NCBI GenBank assembly: GCA_964016885.1
Contig: OZ024740.1
Span: forward strand, 196,850,001-196,914,000
From: Eledone cirrhosa
Lineage: Eukaryota
Length of the DNA: 64,000 bases
Reading direction: 5' to 3'
Every line of letters begins with the position of its first letter. Positions within the stretch are counted from its first letter, which is position 1. This document shows, piece after piece, positions 1 to 13,059 of this stretch. Both the position numbers and the translations under genes were made by a program. A model generated the notes under the pieces. That model did no database searches. It was not told where the DNA came from and saw only the letters and a list, made by a program, of their open reading frames with translations.

Positions 1-657
1 AATGACGGGAGAGAGAGAGGGGGAGAATGAGGGGGTAGAGGGGGGAGAATGAGGAGGATAGAGAGAGAGGCAGAGTGTGAGGGATAGAGAGAAAAGGGGA
101 GGGTAAGAGAGAGACGAGGGCGAGAAAGAGGGGGGAGAAAGAGGGCGAGAGAAAGATAGGGAGAGAGAGAAAGAGAGTGAGAAAAGAAGAGGAGAGAAAT
201 TTACATAGATATATATATAGAGAAGGGGAGAGAGAGAGTTACATAGAGAGATATAGAGAGAAGGGGAGAGAGGGTTACATAGAGAGATATACAGAGAAGG
301 ATTGGGGTGGATAAAGAAAAAAAGTTTAAGCTAAAAAAGACAATAAACAAATGAAATATGAGAAGATTTAGTCAACTTGTGTGATTCTTTGAAATACATT
401 TGGATTGTTAGTATTAGCCCTCCCCTCTAGTTACAGAGAGATAAACCGAACTGTCAAAGAAAACTAGTGACGAACAGTTTGCTGAGCGTAAATCCCGATA
501 TTTCCACTAACCTCGACTACTGTCTTCGTTTTTATGAAAATAACATTCACCCTTCTTTAACTTATTTGACAATCCAAACTTAAAAACAGCCGATCGGTGT
601 GCGTGTGTATAACATATATGTGTGTGCTCGAGTATATTTATTCTCTCGTTATCGGTG

Positions 658-1875
658 ATGTCAACAATAGTTGACACAAACACCTATTCCAATCGAACAG
701 TTGTTTTATCGTCGAAACCAAAGACACTACAAGAATGTATTTCGAAATTAAACCATGGGCCTGTACTTGAATCCGACAGCAAAGATATATACTGCAATGT
801 TACGACTGATAGTCTCCTTTGCTGGCCAAGAACTCGTGCCGGCATTACAGCACACCAGCCATGTCCTTCATTGGAAGGGTCAGATACAACCAAATTTGCT
901 TATCGAAGCTGTAACCTAAATGGAGAATGGAGCTCGAAGTGGGATGATGGTTCGTCTGCTTGGACAAACTATACACAATGTTACAGTTCCGGAGCTGAAC
1001 TAATAATTCAGTTTGATTCCGAAAACATACGAAGAGCGACAGCTGAAGACTTAACAGATACCAGTATCCTGGGAATATGCGGGTTGTCCTTGTCATTGCT
1101 AGCTGTATTCTTTACCCTTGCTTATGTGCGTTATAAAAAATTCCACGGACCGCGTATGGACGTGTACAGAAATTTATTCGCTACACTGGTTCTCGAAGCA
1201 TCTGTGAAACTGTCATTTCAGATTATTCTTCTAATGGTGTGGGTTGAAGAAGGTCTCGTTGTTACTGTGTTTGATATTCCGCATCTTTGTGAGATATTTG
1301 TTGTGATTTTAGAATTTGCGGAGATTACGACCTTCATTTGGACAGCTCTTCATGGACACCTGTGTTACCTGGAAGCTAAACAATACGATCCTCTAAAAGT
1401 TCAAGTTCTGTATGCAGCTCTTGGATGGGGTGTACCGATTATTACTCTGGCTGAGTGGTTAGCAGTGCAAGCAACGACTAACGACGCCCAGTGTTGGTAT
1501 GGCTACCGTTTCCAACAAAGTGCGTGGATTTTGGAACTACCTCGAGTGTGGGCCGTAATATTTGCCCTGATATTTTTAGCTTATACAATTTGGTCACTAA
1601 ACGACACCGGACACATGAGAGACATCAGCGAAGTACAGATGATCAGACGTAGTACTGTGGCGTGTCTCGCCTATATCTTAATCCTAACGATATCGTTATG
1701 TACATCGTTAGTACTGGTCAATTTGACACACGACAGCATCGATACGATGCACTTGTTAGCTTTGATCTATACCATTACATTCCTCACCTCTTTCAGAGGA
1801 CTGTTTTTTACCATCGGTTACTGGCTATGGGAAAACCAAGGAAGGAACTGGTACCAAAAAGTCAGTTTGGTTTGA
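658..1875 (+). CDS. Intronless class B (secretin-family) GPCR, CRF/diuretic-hormone-receptor-like, divergent
   Basis: The N-terminal hormone-receptor domain has the typical Cys/Trp pattern (C..CNVTTDSLLCWPRT..CP..AYRSCNLNGEW..WTNYTQC). Seven hydrophobic segments follow, with GWGVP in TM4 and CW in ECL2. First in-frame ATG is at 658; the ORF-track start at 622 is GTG. Confidence 0.88.
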   Translation: MSTIVDTNTYSNRTVVLSSKPKTLQECISKLNHGPVLESDSKDIYCNVTTDSLLCWPRTRAGITAHQPCPSLEGSDTTKFAYRSCNLNGEWSSKWDDGSSAWTNYTQCYSSGAELIIQFDSENIRRATAEDLTDTSILGICGLSLSLLAVFFTLAYVRYKKFHGPRMDVYRNLFATLVLEASVKLSFQIILLMVWVEEGLVVTVFDIPHLCEIFVVILEFAEITTFIWTALHGHLCYLEAKQYDPLKVQVLYAALGWGVPIITLAEWLAVQATTNDAQCWYGYRFQQSAWILELPRVWAVIFALIFLAYTIWSLNDTGHMRDISEVQMIRRSTVACLAYILILTISLCTSLVLVNLTHDSIDTMHLLALIYTITFLTSFRGLFFTIGYWLWENQGRNWYQKVSLV

Positions 1876-2028
1876 AATTTAAAGCTTGTGTTTATTATAT
1901 ATATGTGTATGTAAATATGTAAATATTTTTTTACAAAATTAAAAATTAGAAATCATTATATATGAATATAAATATTTTCAAAACAAATAACGAAAACACA
2001 TGAATGTTACAATATATATATAAATATA

Positions 2029-2278
2029 CAGGGGCGGTGGAACTGGGGGGACAGGAGGTCTACCCCCCCCCCATAATTATATTTTTCACCCCAAACTATC
2101 AAAACACACATCTATTTGTATATGTGCTACAATTTATGTACATGTTATGTTTATCGCATATCAATTTTTTTTTTTAATATCTTGGTTGATATTTGAAAAT
2201 AACACCTAAACTAATCACTACAACTTAACTGACCAAATTTGCCCCTCCCCCCACTTTCAGAAATGCTTCCACCACCCC

Positions 2279-2280
<2 letters not shown>
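2029..2280. mobile_element. hAT-like MITE
   Basis: Terminal inverted repeats caggggcggtggaa / ttccaccacccctg; TSD obscured by the (TG)n tract. Confidence 0.55.
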
Positions 2281-2365
<85 letters not shown>

Positions 2366-3188
2366 GGAATTATATTATCTATATAAACTTATGTATATTT
2401 TTGCATCTGTTTTCTCTCAACACTCATTCTCACTCACGCATACTTACACACAAATACACATGCAAACGCATACACATTTATACTGGACATTTGACGTAAT
2501 CCATCGTCTGGTTTAATACCACCACCTCGTATGTCTTTAGCCAAGTCCACTGAGTTTCACGTATTCGAGTCTGGTATCTAGTCTGAAGAAAATTCAATAT
2601 TCCGATGCGCTGTTTCCTACTACAATAACCCAGGAGTGGTATTTCCATCCAACTTACTCCAACAAATTTTGATGCTGTCCACACTTTTTCTAACTAAACT
2701 ATAAAAAAATCAATCAAATTTATTCGTACACTATATAGTTATACACACACACAAAGAAATCTATCTATCTATATAAAACCAAAAGTTTATATGGTTCGTT
2801 GATTATTCAACGAATTCAATTTTACAATAGATTAGAAGCACTCGACAAGAATTTTTCTGGAGTATCTATAATATTATTCAAAATATTAATAAATGAGAAA
2901 TATTATCATAACCAAAGTATATATTTTATTATACATATTTAAAAGGTACAATGATGTTTCAGTACGTTTTCATCAGATAAAATATATGAGATTGGTTATA
3001 TATATATATATATATACGGGGTAACAAATTATTGTTATAGGTAGTCCACTTAAGTGTAGTCCAGTTATGGTACTCCGGGTAGTGGATGATATCAACGCTT
3101 GGCTAAGTTTGACTCAACAAGGCGTTTCCATAGTGATGCTGCGAGTACGCTGTAATTCCTATGTTGTAAACACTTGGAGTAATAATAA

Positions 3189-3504
3189 ATCAGGAAAGAA
3201 GAGTGACACGGTTTGCTATACAAAAAAGGTTTTTAATCTCATTGCTGACAATTGTTTCTCTGAACTGGTAGGTCTAGAGATCGCTACCCGCTTATTTTCA
3301 CGTTACTCGATCACCAATACAAAGTTATAACCGGTCAATTCATCGGAGCTTGTGATGAATTGACTGGTTATAACTTTGTATTGGTGATCGAGTAACGTGA
3401 AATTAAGCGGGTAGCGATCTCTAGACCTACCAGTTCAGAGAAACAATTGTCAGCAATGAGATTAAAAACCTTTTTTGTATAGCAAACCGTGTCACTCTTC
3501 TTTC

Positions 3505-3509
<5 letters not shown>
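3189..3509. repeat. Long palindrome (about 156-bp arms, 9-nt spacer) made of two head-to-head degenerate hammerhead-bearing units
   Basis: atcaggaaagaagagtgacacgg...aattcatc / ggagcttgt / gatgaatt...ccgtgtcactcttctttcctgat, followed by (TA)n. Confidence 0.9.
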
Positions 3510-3554
<45 letters not shown>

Positions 3555-3911
3555 TTTAACAATGATAATAATAACACAGTCAAGTTATTTTACATATTCC
3601 TTTCATTGTTTTACGATCGTTTCGGAGGGTTCATCATATTGATATATTGACTGATCAATAGCAGTTAAAGAACTGTATACTATCAGACATAATATATGGG
3701 TTCGATCATTGGTGTGCTTAAGCATGGGGCTCCGTTAGCCAGGGGGAAAGGCATCTTCCTGCCAAAAAATGTCTTTATCTCCTTCAGGGCCCAAGTCCTA
3801 AATCCGTCACTGTATAACACATATATACATACATTTAGACTACATTAGATACAATCATATAGATAGTTGCTTTCCATGACAGTGTTTGTGTATTTCTATG
3901 TGGGTTCTCTT

Positions 3912-4185
3912 CAGAGTCGGATTTAGTGGGGGAGGGCATAGGGGGCAATTTCCCCGAGGCCCCTGCTGTGGGGACTCCACCAGCAACAGCCGTAGCAATT
4001 TATTTGTGCCCTCTGCTGGGCTTTTTAGTTTTAGGATGGTTAGATTTTTTGAATGTAATACCTGTATATATAACTTTTCAATTCCAATTACTTGCGTCAA
4101 GCCGACTTTGATATGTAAAATTGGGTGTTTGCTGTGGATTCTAAATGTTTATGTATGAGGGCCCCCCCGTCTAAATGCGGCCCTG
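3912..4185. mobile_element. hAT-like MITE
   Basis: Imperfect TIRs cagagtcggatttag / ctaaatgcggccctg. Confidence 0.5.
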
Positions 4186-4246
4186 GTTGTCATGTATGTC
4201 TATGTATTATGTGTGTTTGTGATCTGTTATCGTGATCAATCTGGAG

Positions 4247-4281
<35 letters not shown>

Positions 4282-4431
4282 AGAAAGAAAGAAAGAGGAA
4301 GGGGGAGAAAAATATATGAATGGGGTAGAAAAAAGTATGTGTGAATGTGTGTGAGGGGAGACAGAGAAGTGGTTGAGAGGCAGAAAGTGACAAAGATGAC
4401 GTTATGAATATATATATATATACACACACAT

Positions 4432-4520
<89 letters not shown>

Positions 4521-4526
<6 letters not shown>

Positions 4527-4596
4527 GTCCCCCCAAAAATGTATACACACATTTATTAGAATGCTGTTGAAGTCTGTATACATTTTTGAGGACACC

Positions 4597-4599
<3 letters not shown>
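4521..4599. mobile_element. Tiny Tc1/mariner-type MITE in (TA)n
   Basis: TIRs agggtgtcc..caaaaatgtatac / gtatacatttttgaggacaccctg, flanked by TA. Confidence 0.6.
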
Positions 4600-4652
<53 letters not shown>

Positions 4653-4973
4653 GAGAGAGAGAACAAAACTATCTTTCATGGTTAAATGAACTTTTTTCTG
4701 TAATTCAATTTATTTATAAATATTTTATCAATTCATTTCGCCTTGTTCTTCTTTTGATGTATTCTAAATATTTCGATTAACATCAGCTTGTAAAGTAACG
4801 CAACCTTTTGTCAACTAATGAAAGGGGCATCTACCTGGTCCTGCAGCATGCTAGTTATAGCAACCGGTCCTTTAGAAAAATACATTATACCTGGAGAAAT
4901 GTCTAGATAGTTCAGGGTCAGACTTTCACCTGATGAGACCGTAAGCTATATGAAGTCTGAGGTCCTTCTCTAA

Positions 4974-5703
<730 letters not shown>

Positions 5704-6149
5704 TATATATCATATCATATCATATATTTATTATATATGTGAGTGTGTATATTTTAATGATTTAGTTTTAAAGAATAAAAATAAAACACGACGGGGTGAT
5801 CTTCCCGTTTTGGCTCATTTCTCCCAGTCTTCCCGTTTTTTTGTGAAATTGGGTATAGCTTTCATTATGTAAAATCACCCCATTTTGCTTCATTTCTCCC
5901 AATTTTGAGGCACTTTTTTTCATGGTACTCCCCGTTTGGGTTTTTAGAGGCTGGCAGGTCTGGATAAAATAAAAATATATAGGGTTTGTGGCCCTAAGCT
6001 TAAACTTATTATCTTTAGGTAAGTATCAGTGAGTTAGTCACGGTTGGAACTCCCGTTATAAGTTTGCTCACTTAGCAGAAATGGTAGAGTACACTGTTCT
6101 TTCTTAACTATGCATGCACACAAGTTTTGTAACCAGTTGAATGGAATGG

Positions 6150-6490
6150 ACAGAATGGACCACGGTTTCGACGATGATTGTTCCAGTTTTTCAATCAATG
6201 GCATAAGCCTGCGCATGAAATTAACGTGTAAATAGTTGAGTATTCCACAGACACGTGTACTCTTAAAGTAATTGACAGGGAGATTCAATGTGACACAATA
6301 TGTGATAATGTTAACTCTTTGAATTACAGGCACAGTCCATCTGACAGGTCTCCAAACAGTTTCCGTCGTCTACCCAGTTTCACTAACAAGGCATGGGTCG
6401 ACCTGAGACTAAGGGATATGACAGCCCATGACGCTACGCAGTGAGATCGAACTTGGGGCTATTAACCATTCAGCCATGCTGTGTCCACGT
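6150..6490 (-). mobile_element. tRNA-derived SINE (family also at about 57960-58270)
   Basis: Shares the tail sequence catgaaattaacgtg..gggagattca..ttgaattacagg with the 57960-58270 and 59240-59550 copies. Confidence 0.55.
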
Positions 6491-6514
6491 AAGCATGTAA
6501 TGAATCATTATTCT

Positions 6515-6705
6515 AGCGGTGGATTAGCAGTATCGGTAGAGGGTCGGACGCCATGCTTTCCAGCATAGTTACGTCCCTTTACGATCTGAGTTCAAATCCC
6601 GCCGAGGTTGACTTTGCCTTTCATCCTTACGGGGTCGATAAAATAAAGTACCAGTAATGCACTGGGTAATTGCTGGCCTTGTGCCTAAAGTAGAAACAAT
6701 TATTC
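6515..6705 (+). mobile_element. tRNA-derived SINE with Deu/Nin-like core
   Basis: B-box gagttcaaatcc plus core gcctttcatcct..ggggtcgataaaataaagtaccagt; about 20 copies in the window. Confidence 0.8.
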
Positions 6706-8203
6706 TACTACAGACCAGCCAACCTCTAAAAACCCGAACGGAGAGTACCATAAAAAAGTGCCCCAAAACGGAGAGAAATGAGGCAAAATGGGGAGATGTT
6801 ACATAATGAAAGCTATACCCATTTTCACAAGAAAAGACATCTCTCACCCACCCCAAAGTGGGTGGGAGGTCTCCCCGTCGGACGGGGAGAATTGACAGAT
6901 CTGATCTACTATGACATTAGCTAACCTCTACAAATTTGTGACTCTATGTCAATGTAATATATTAAAATTGAATAAGTATGACCAGTTGAACGCTTAACTT
7001 AATTTCCCAGTCTTTAGTTTTGCCCTTCTACTCTTGTTGAAGTTTTGCCGAGCTCAACCTCACTGTTCATACTTCAAGGATCCATAAAGTAAGTGCCAGT
7101 AGTTGATTGTTATTACTTCGTTCGCCTATGCTTCTTTGTGAAAATTGCTTTGTTTTCTGTTATTTTTTCAGATTTCTGATGTTCTTGAATGATCTGGCTT
7201 CAATTTCATTCATACCGCGAATAGGAAAAGTTATAAGCATCACTTCTTTTTCTCGATTAAAAATCTAATATATCACTAATATATCGTTAATATGTACAGA
7301 GGATTAACAGCCAAACTAGATTCTAAAAAAACCCAGTGGGGGTGGGATCACATTCAAATACTCCATTTCCTCAGCTCAAATCCTACATACGTCAATGCTG
7401 CCATTTTGTTGTTTTGGGGGGTTTTTTTCAGTGATTTGGCAGAGTCGTTAGAACGTCGGGTAGAGTGCTTTGCGGTATCAATTCCGGCTCTCGGCTCTCT
7501 GAGTTTAAATCTCGCCGATGTCAACTTTACCTTTCATCCATTCGAAGTCGATAAAAAAAGTACCAGTCAAGTATTGGGGTCGATTCTTTTTCTACATCGC
7601 TTTCTTACTCCGTTCTCTCACTCTCTATCCTTCTCTGCGTTCTGAGTTCTTGGGTGGTAAATTTAATTCTTATCCCAGTTTAACACTATCAATAGATCAT
7701 TAACGGAGTGAAGTTTACTTTGCTGCAAGCATGAGGGTCAGATTTCTGGTTTGAAGATAACATCTTCCTTTCCCCCCTCAGAGACCCTAAAAAATAAAGG
7801 GTCCTGTTATGTCCCCCTCCATTCCTAACTAAATGATAAAAAGGAAGTTCTTTATATATTTCTCAAATCATGAATAAGATAACTATAATTTCTTTATTTC
7901 CCGCAAGGACGGCACAAATAAAAGACAATAAAGTATACCAACGAACACAAGACATTTTGAGGCGTACATACATATAAAACAGAAAATACAATATATAAAC
8001 GATATAAAATTATACATATTTTACATGGTATAATCATACGTGCATAAACATACATACATACATCCGTATACACCAAACTTTCTAATTTAATCCAGTTTTC
8101 ATAGAATCTAATGGAAGGTAGTATTCTCTCTTACTATCCTCGTTTTCAGGTCCAGGTTAACCATAAAATAAAATAAACACGTGTTTATGGCACCACAGAG
8201 TTT

Positions 8204-8258
<55 letters not shown>

Positions 8259-9343
8259 GTGTGCGTGTGCGTGTGCGTGTGTGGTTTGCCATGGTGCAAA
8301 TGATGCAGCAGGACCAGGACACCACAAAAACGTTGGAAATATACATTTTTTCTTGTTTTAGTTTCAAGTAAATAATTTGTTTATATTACTGCTATTTAGT
8401 GTTAAATAAATGTTATTTAACAGATTATATTTAATACAATTGTGGGATATAGCCTGGTAAAAGGAAGGTCAATCCTGTCCTCTTTGTCAATGAAAGGCGG
8501 CTATGAACTTGATCGATAACCACATCCGTCCTACCACGAAAACAGCTATTCGACACCGAAAGAGTGTGTGGACAGTGTTTTCGTCATGATCTCTGTCGGC
8601 ATCTTGAACACGTCCATCAGAGGTCATTATCCTGGTTGTAGAACTTATCACAAACTGACAACGTTCCAATTCCTGCGGCAGCACTGTCGGGCCAGGGGAT
8701 TGGGGAAATTATCCCTAAGTAATGTTTCGAGTTTGATCCCACTATACACTATTCGCCAAAACCTCAGTTAGACCAAAGGCTTTTGGGTGAAATTTGGCAG
8801 ATGGAAATTGTGTGGAAGCCCATTAGAAGAACCATTGGTATTCTTGGATTATAGTCTTTATCCGTCACCCCGTTTCACAGCATTAACTGGCCCTTGGCTA
8901 TATTTAACGGAGTCCCTGTTACAAGTTTTCAGACCCGGTCTCTTAGTCGCGAGTCTATCTAATACTTGCGAGTGAAAATTTCTCACAAAGAGGTGCTTCA
9001 GTATAATTAGATAATAGGGATTCCTAATTTAGACACAAGGCCAGAAATTTGGGTGAGGCGGGGTAGTTAATTACATCGAATCCAGTATGTGATTGGTATT
9101 TTATTCTATCGATACCAGAAAGATGAAAGGCAAGTTTGACCTCATAACGGGATCTGAACTAAGAACGTAGTAACTAAATACCGCAAAGCATATTGTAGAC
9201 AATGTAGACAATGCATTTTGTAGACAATGATCATCTCGGCCCGAGATAATTTCTGATATAGACACGTAAAGCCGCGCAGTTTGAAAGAGAACACAATCGA
9301 TTGAATAGATACCACTGATACTTAATTTATCAATACCGACAGG

Positions 9344-10019
9344 CAGTGCTGAGCTTACCTACACGTTAATTCATCTATAGCTTAGGGCCACACACTCTCA
9401 GAGGCCTCATTTTTTAAAAATATTTTTTTATTTCATCATTAGTTTTTGTTCTTTAACATTGATAAAAAAGTTCTTCTTCTTCTTCTTCTTCTTCTTCTTC
9501 TTCTCCTACTTATTCCTGAGAGGCTTGTGGGAGCAGAGTCCCCAAACACTCCTTCCAGCGGACCCTGTCAGAAGCAACCGTCTCCAACTGATCCGGCTGG
9601 ATCCCCAAACGTGACCAGCCAAGCTCATGGATGTTATCCAACCATCTTTCTCGGAGTCTACCCCTGGGTCTCTCCTGCCAGTTGGTTTTGCCCGTAAAAC
9701 CCGCCCAGCGATTCTTTCCTGAGACATTCTAACCACATGCTCATAGTATAGGAGCTGTGATCTCCGAGCTACGCATTCTATCGAGTAACGTTACTCCAAT
9801 GACTCTTCGGAGGAACCATATTTCGACTGCATCTATTCGCGATCATATTCTTCCGCTCATTACCAAAGATTCATGACCATATTTATAATTTAATTTTGTA
9901 ATCATTAATAAATATTAATCATGTATAATTATTTAAAAATTTTTTACCCGAATCTTTTTTAGAAAAGGGCCTCAAATTTCACATAGCTTGGGGCCTCGGT
10001 GAGTGAAAATCTGGTCCTG
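9344..10019. mobile_element. hAT-like MITE interrupted by an RTE-type LINE 3' fragment (about 9470-9880, minus strand)
   Basis: The ends resemble the 60214-60474 MITE (ctatagcttagggc..). The insert has an RTE-like C-terminus and a microsatellite tail, and is related to 54030-54110. Confidence 0.55.
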
Positions 10020-10271
10020 CCAACATGATTTGAACTAAGAATCAACGAAAAAGTCACAAAACACTGCTAACCATTTTAACCGGAACTCTACACACACACA
10101 CTCTCTCCCCCTTCCCTCCTCTATTCTAATTCTTTGGTTAGATAGCCAGTTTCAAATGCTTATTGTACCCTTGTAAAAGATATAGAATAAGATAAGAGAG
10201 GAGTGGGTGAAATTAAACTTCGTGAGACATACAGTGTCCTGGTTAAATATCGTTGTGTTTTTTAAATTAAA

Positions 10272-10455
10272 TAATTGTTTCTACTTTTGGCACAAGGCCA
10301 GTAATTACCCAGTACATTACTGGTACTTTATTTTATCGACCCCGTAAGGATGAAAGGCAAAGTTAACCTCGGCGGGATTTGAACTCAGATCGTAAAGGGA
10401 TGTAACTACGCTGGAAAGCATGTCTGACCCTCTACCAATACTGCCAATTCACCGT
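10272..10455 (-). mobile_element. Deu/Nin-core SINE
   Basis: Reverse complement of the 6515-6705 family. Confidence 0.8.
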
Positions 10456-11319
10456 CCTTTTTTAAATTAAATAATGTGTAGCTGTTGTTGATGTTGTTTA
10501 ACCCAATGTCAACGCGGATTCAGCATTCCAGCTGTAAGAATCTCGAGTTTTCTTGCTCAACCCCCACCCCACCCCAACTACCACTGTCCTCTCCATTCGA
10601 TGCATAATGTACACCAGGCGACAAATTGGCAGGCTCGTTAGAATGTTGGATAGCATGCTCCGTGGTATTTGTTCCGACTGTTTGCGCCTTCAGTTCAAAT
10701 CCCGTCGGTTAACTTTGCCCTTCATCTTTTCACTATCAAGAAATAAGTACCCGTGTAGTGCTGGGGGTTCAGGTTCATTCTTCATCCCCCCCCCCTCTCT
10801 CTCTCTCTCACCCCCGCTCTCTTTCTTCTCTCCCCCCTCTCTTTGAAAGAAATCTGTTATGTTCCGACCTGAAAAGGGATGGGTTCCGCCAGGTTTTAAA
10901 TGCCCAAGCCCTACAGCGGCCCTTCGACTCGTTCATGACAAAAAATGCCCCATTGTGCTGTAATTTGAAGTAAATTTAGCGGCTATTTCTTGCAATACAA
11001 GCGACCAGCTATGCAGAGCCGTGTTTCTTAAAATTATTTATATTTTCTGCATTTCTTATCTTAACCAGTTTACCATCCCAATTTTCCCACCCTACGCATG
11101 AAAGAAAAAAAGTTATTACCGACCCCAATTTAACAATAACATCCTTAAAGTCAACATTATCAAGCAAACTGTATCAAGCAAAAACAGTGTGAATAATAAT
11201 TTCTCTATATATTTATTGTTTTATTTGTTATATTTTTATTTTAAATGGTAAAGAATTAGAGGTTCCTTGCAATGTTTGACTGTATTTGTTATATGCATTT
11301 ATATTTGTGTTTATCAACG

Positions 11320-11490
11320 ATAGAACGTCAGACACCATGCTTTGCAGCATAGAGTTATGGTCCTTTACGTTCTGAGTTCAAATCCCGCCGAGATAACTTT
11401 GCTTTTCATCCCTACGGGGTCGATAAAATAAAGAACCAGTAATGCACTGGGGTAATTGCTGGCCTTGAGCCAAAAGTAGAAACAATAATA
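11320..11490 (+). mobile_element. Deu/Nin-core SINE
   Basis: Same B-box and core. Confidence 0.75.
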
Positions 11491-11780
11491 TTTGTAACGT
11501 TATTCTGAAAGAATTGTGAGCATTTTGTAATGTTAATTATATATATATGTTAACTATTTTCCCATGTTGACGTGTGTTTGGCCTTTAACGTTTGTTATAG
11601 CTCTGGTTCATCTGAATCATTGAGCACTTTCCGCACATCTCGGAGGTTGTTTTTCGTTATTTCGTGGGCCGAAATGCGAATCTCGATAATTTATGTTTGT
11701 TTATATATATATATATATATATTTCGTTTCTGAATTTGTTTAGCAAGATTCTTTATCTGAAATCGTGTGTTGAAACCGAT

Positions 11781-12415
11781 ATTGTTATACTTTGGGAGGG
11801 TCATGTTGCCAATAAGAAACACACGCACCAGTTGCTTTCACTTCAATTTATTATAATAAATTTATAATAAATTTATAATAAATTTATAAATTTATAAATT
11901 TCTGGTTGGTTGGTTCCACAACCAGATAGTTGTTTATATATAGTCATAGTTCTTTCGTCACACACTCTGTGACCTCTTCAGTGACTGGGGATTCCTTTCT
12001 TTGTTTCTGTGCCTCTCCTTTGTTCTGTCCTACGCCATTTTGTTTCTGTGTGTGTGTTGTGTGCTCAGTCTGCGCATGCGCCACATCCGGGTGTCTGTGT
12101 GTGTTTATGTTCATTTATTTATTTGTTTATTTACATGTTACTGGTTGGTTGTTTGTTCTATGTGTGTGTGTGTTTTCATTTTGTCCTTAATTGTAAGTTG
12201 TGATGTTGCTGTTCCACTCATATTTTCTATTTAATTTTGGTTGTAATTCTTTTATGTTTATTGCCTCTGTAATTTGTCTAAACATTGCGTCTTTTCTGTG
12301 TGTAGATTCTATTTTTATTTCTATGTTCTCTAATTAGTTCTCTTATTATAATAAATTGAAGTGAAAGCAACTGGTGCGTGTGTTTCTTATTGGCAACATG
12401 ACCCTCCCAAAGTAT

Positions 12416-12421
<6 letters not shown>
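11781..12421. mobile_element. Non-coding inverted-repeat element (about 80-bp arms) enclosing a hammerhead-like motif
   Basis: attgttatactttgggagggtcatgttgcc...ttataataa (11781-11859) is inverted at about 12344-12421, next to (TA)n. A related end occurs at about 18575-18623. Confidence 0.75.
11942..11986 (-). ncRNA. Minimal type I hammerhead ribozyme-like motif (variant)
   Basis: Minus strand: AGUCA CUGAAGA g GUCACA-gagug-UGUGAC GAAA GAAC UA UGACU; one extra G before helix II. Confidence 0.6.
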
Positions 12422-12462
<41 letters not shown>

Positions 12463-13028
12463 AACACACACACCCTTTTAATATCTCTCGTTTATTTTTT
12501 ATTACCTAAAAGAAAAGAATTACCCATTAGCCACCCCAAATTTCTCATCGGAATCCTGCACCACTACCACCATTACAACTAACACCACCACCACCACAAC
12601 CATTACAAACACCATTACCACCACCACCACCACGACCACCACCATTACAAACACCACCACCACCACCACCACAACCACCACCACCACCACTGCTACCACT
12701 ATTACAACCACCACCACCACCACCACCGCCATTACAAACACCACCACCACCACCACTACAACCATTACAAACATCGCCACCGCCGCCACCACCATTTTGT
12801 ATTCTAAAATAGACAAAACTTCTCACTCTCTATCTTTTTATTCATCTTTTATTTCTCATTCTATTTTCAGATGAAAGATTAGCGTCCAAAACGTTAAGAC
12901 ACTTTTCCTACTATATCGAGCGTTTGACTAATATAGCTTTTCATTGTACTGTGTCGTTTGTTATTTCTGTTTACTTTTTGCAGACACACACACACACATA
13001 TATATATATACACACATATATATATATG

Positions 13029-13059
<31 letters not shown>

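Noticed and set aside
2945-2990. Minus-strand CUGAUGA..GAAA
   Set aside because: No helix I or II pairing.
4918-4960. ctgatgagaccgtaag flanked by a helix-I-like stem
   Set aside because: GAAA and the 3' strand of helix II are missing; at best a deleted relic.
12520-12826. Gly-rich/Val-rich ORFs
   Set aside because: (CAC)n/(ACC)n low-complexity repeat without splice or domain support.
12860-12900. cagatgaaag..tccaaaacgtta hammerhead-like relic
   Set aside because: Both core halves are mutated.
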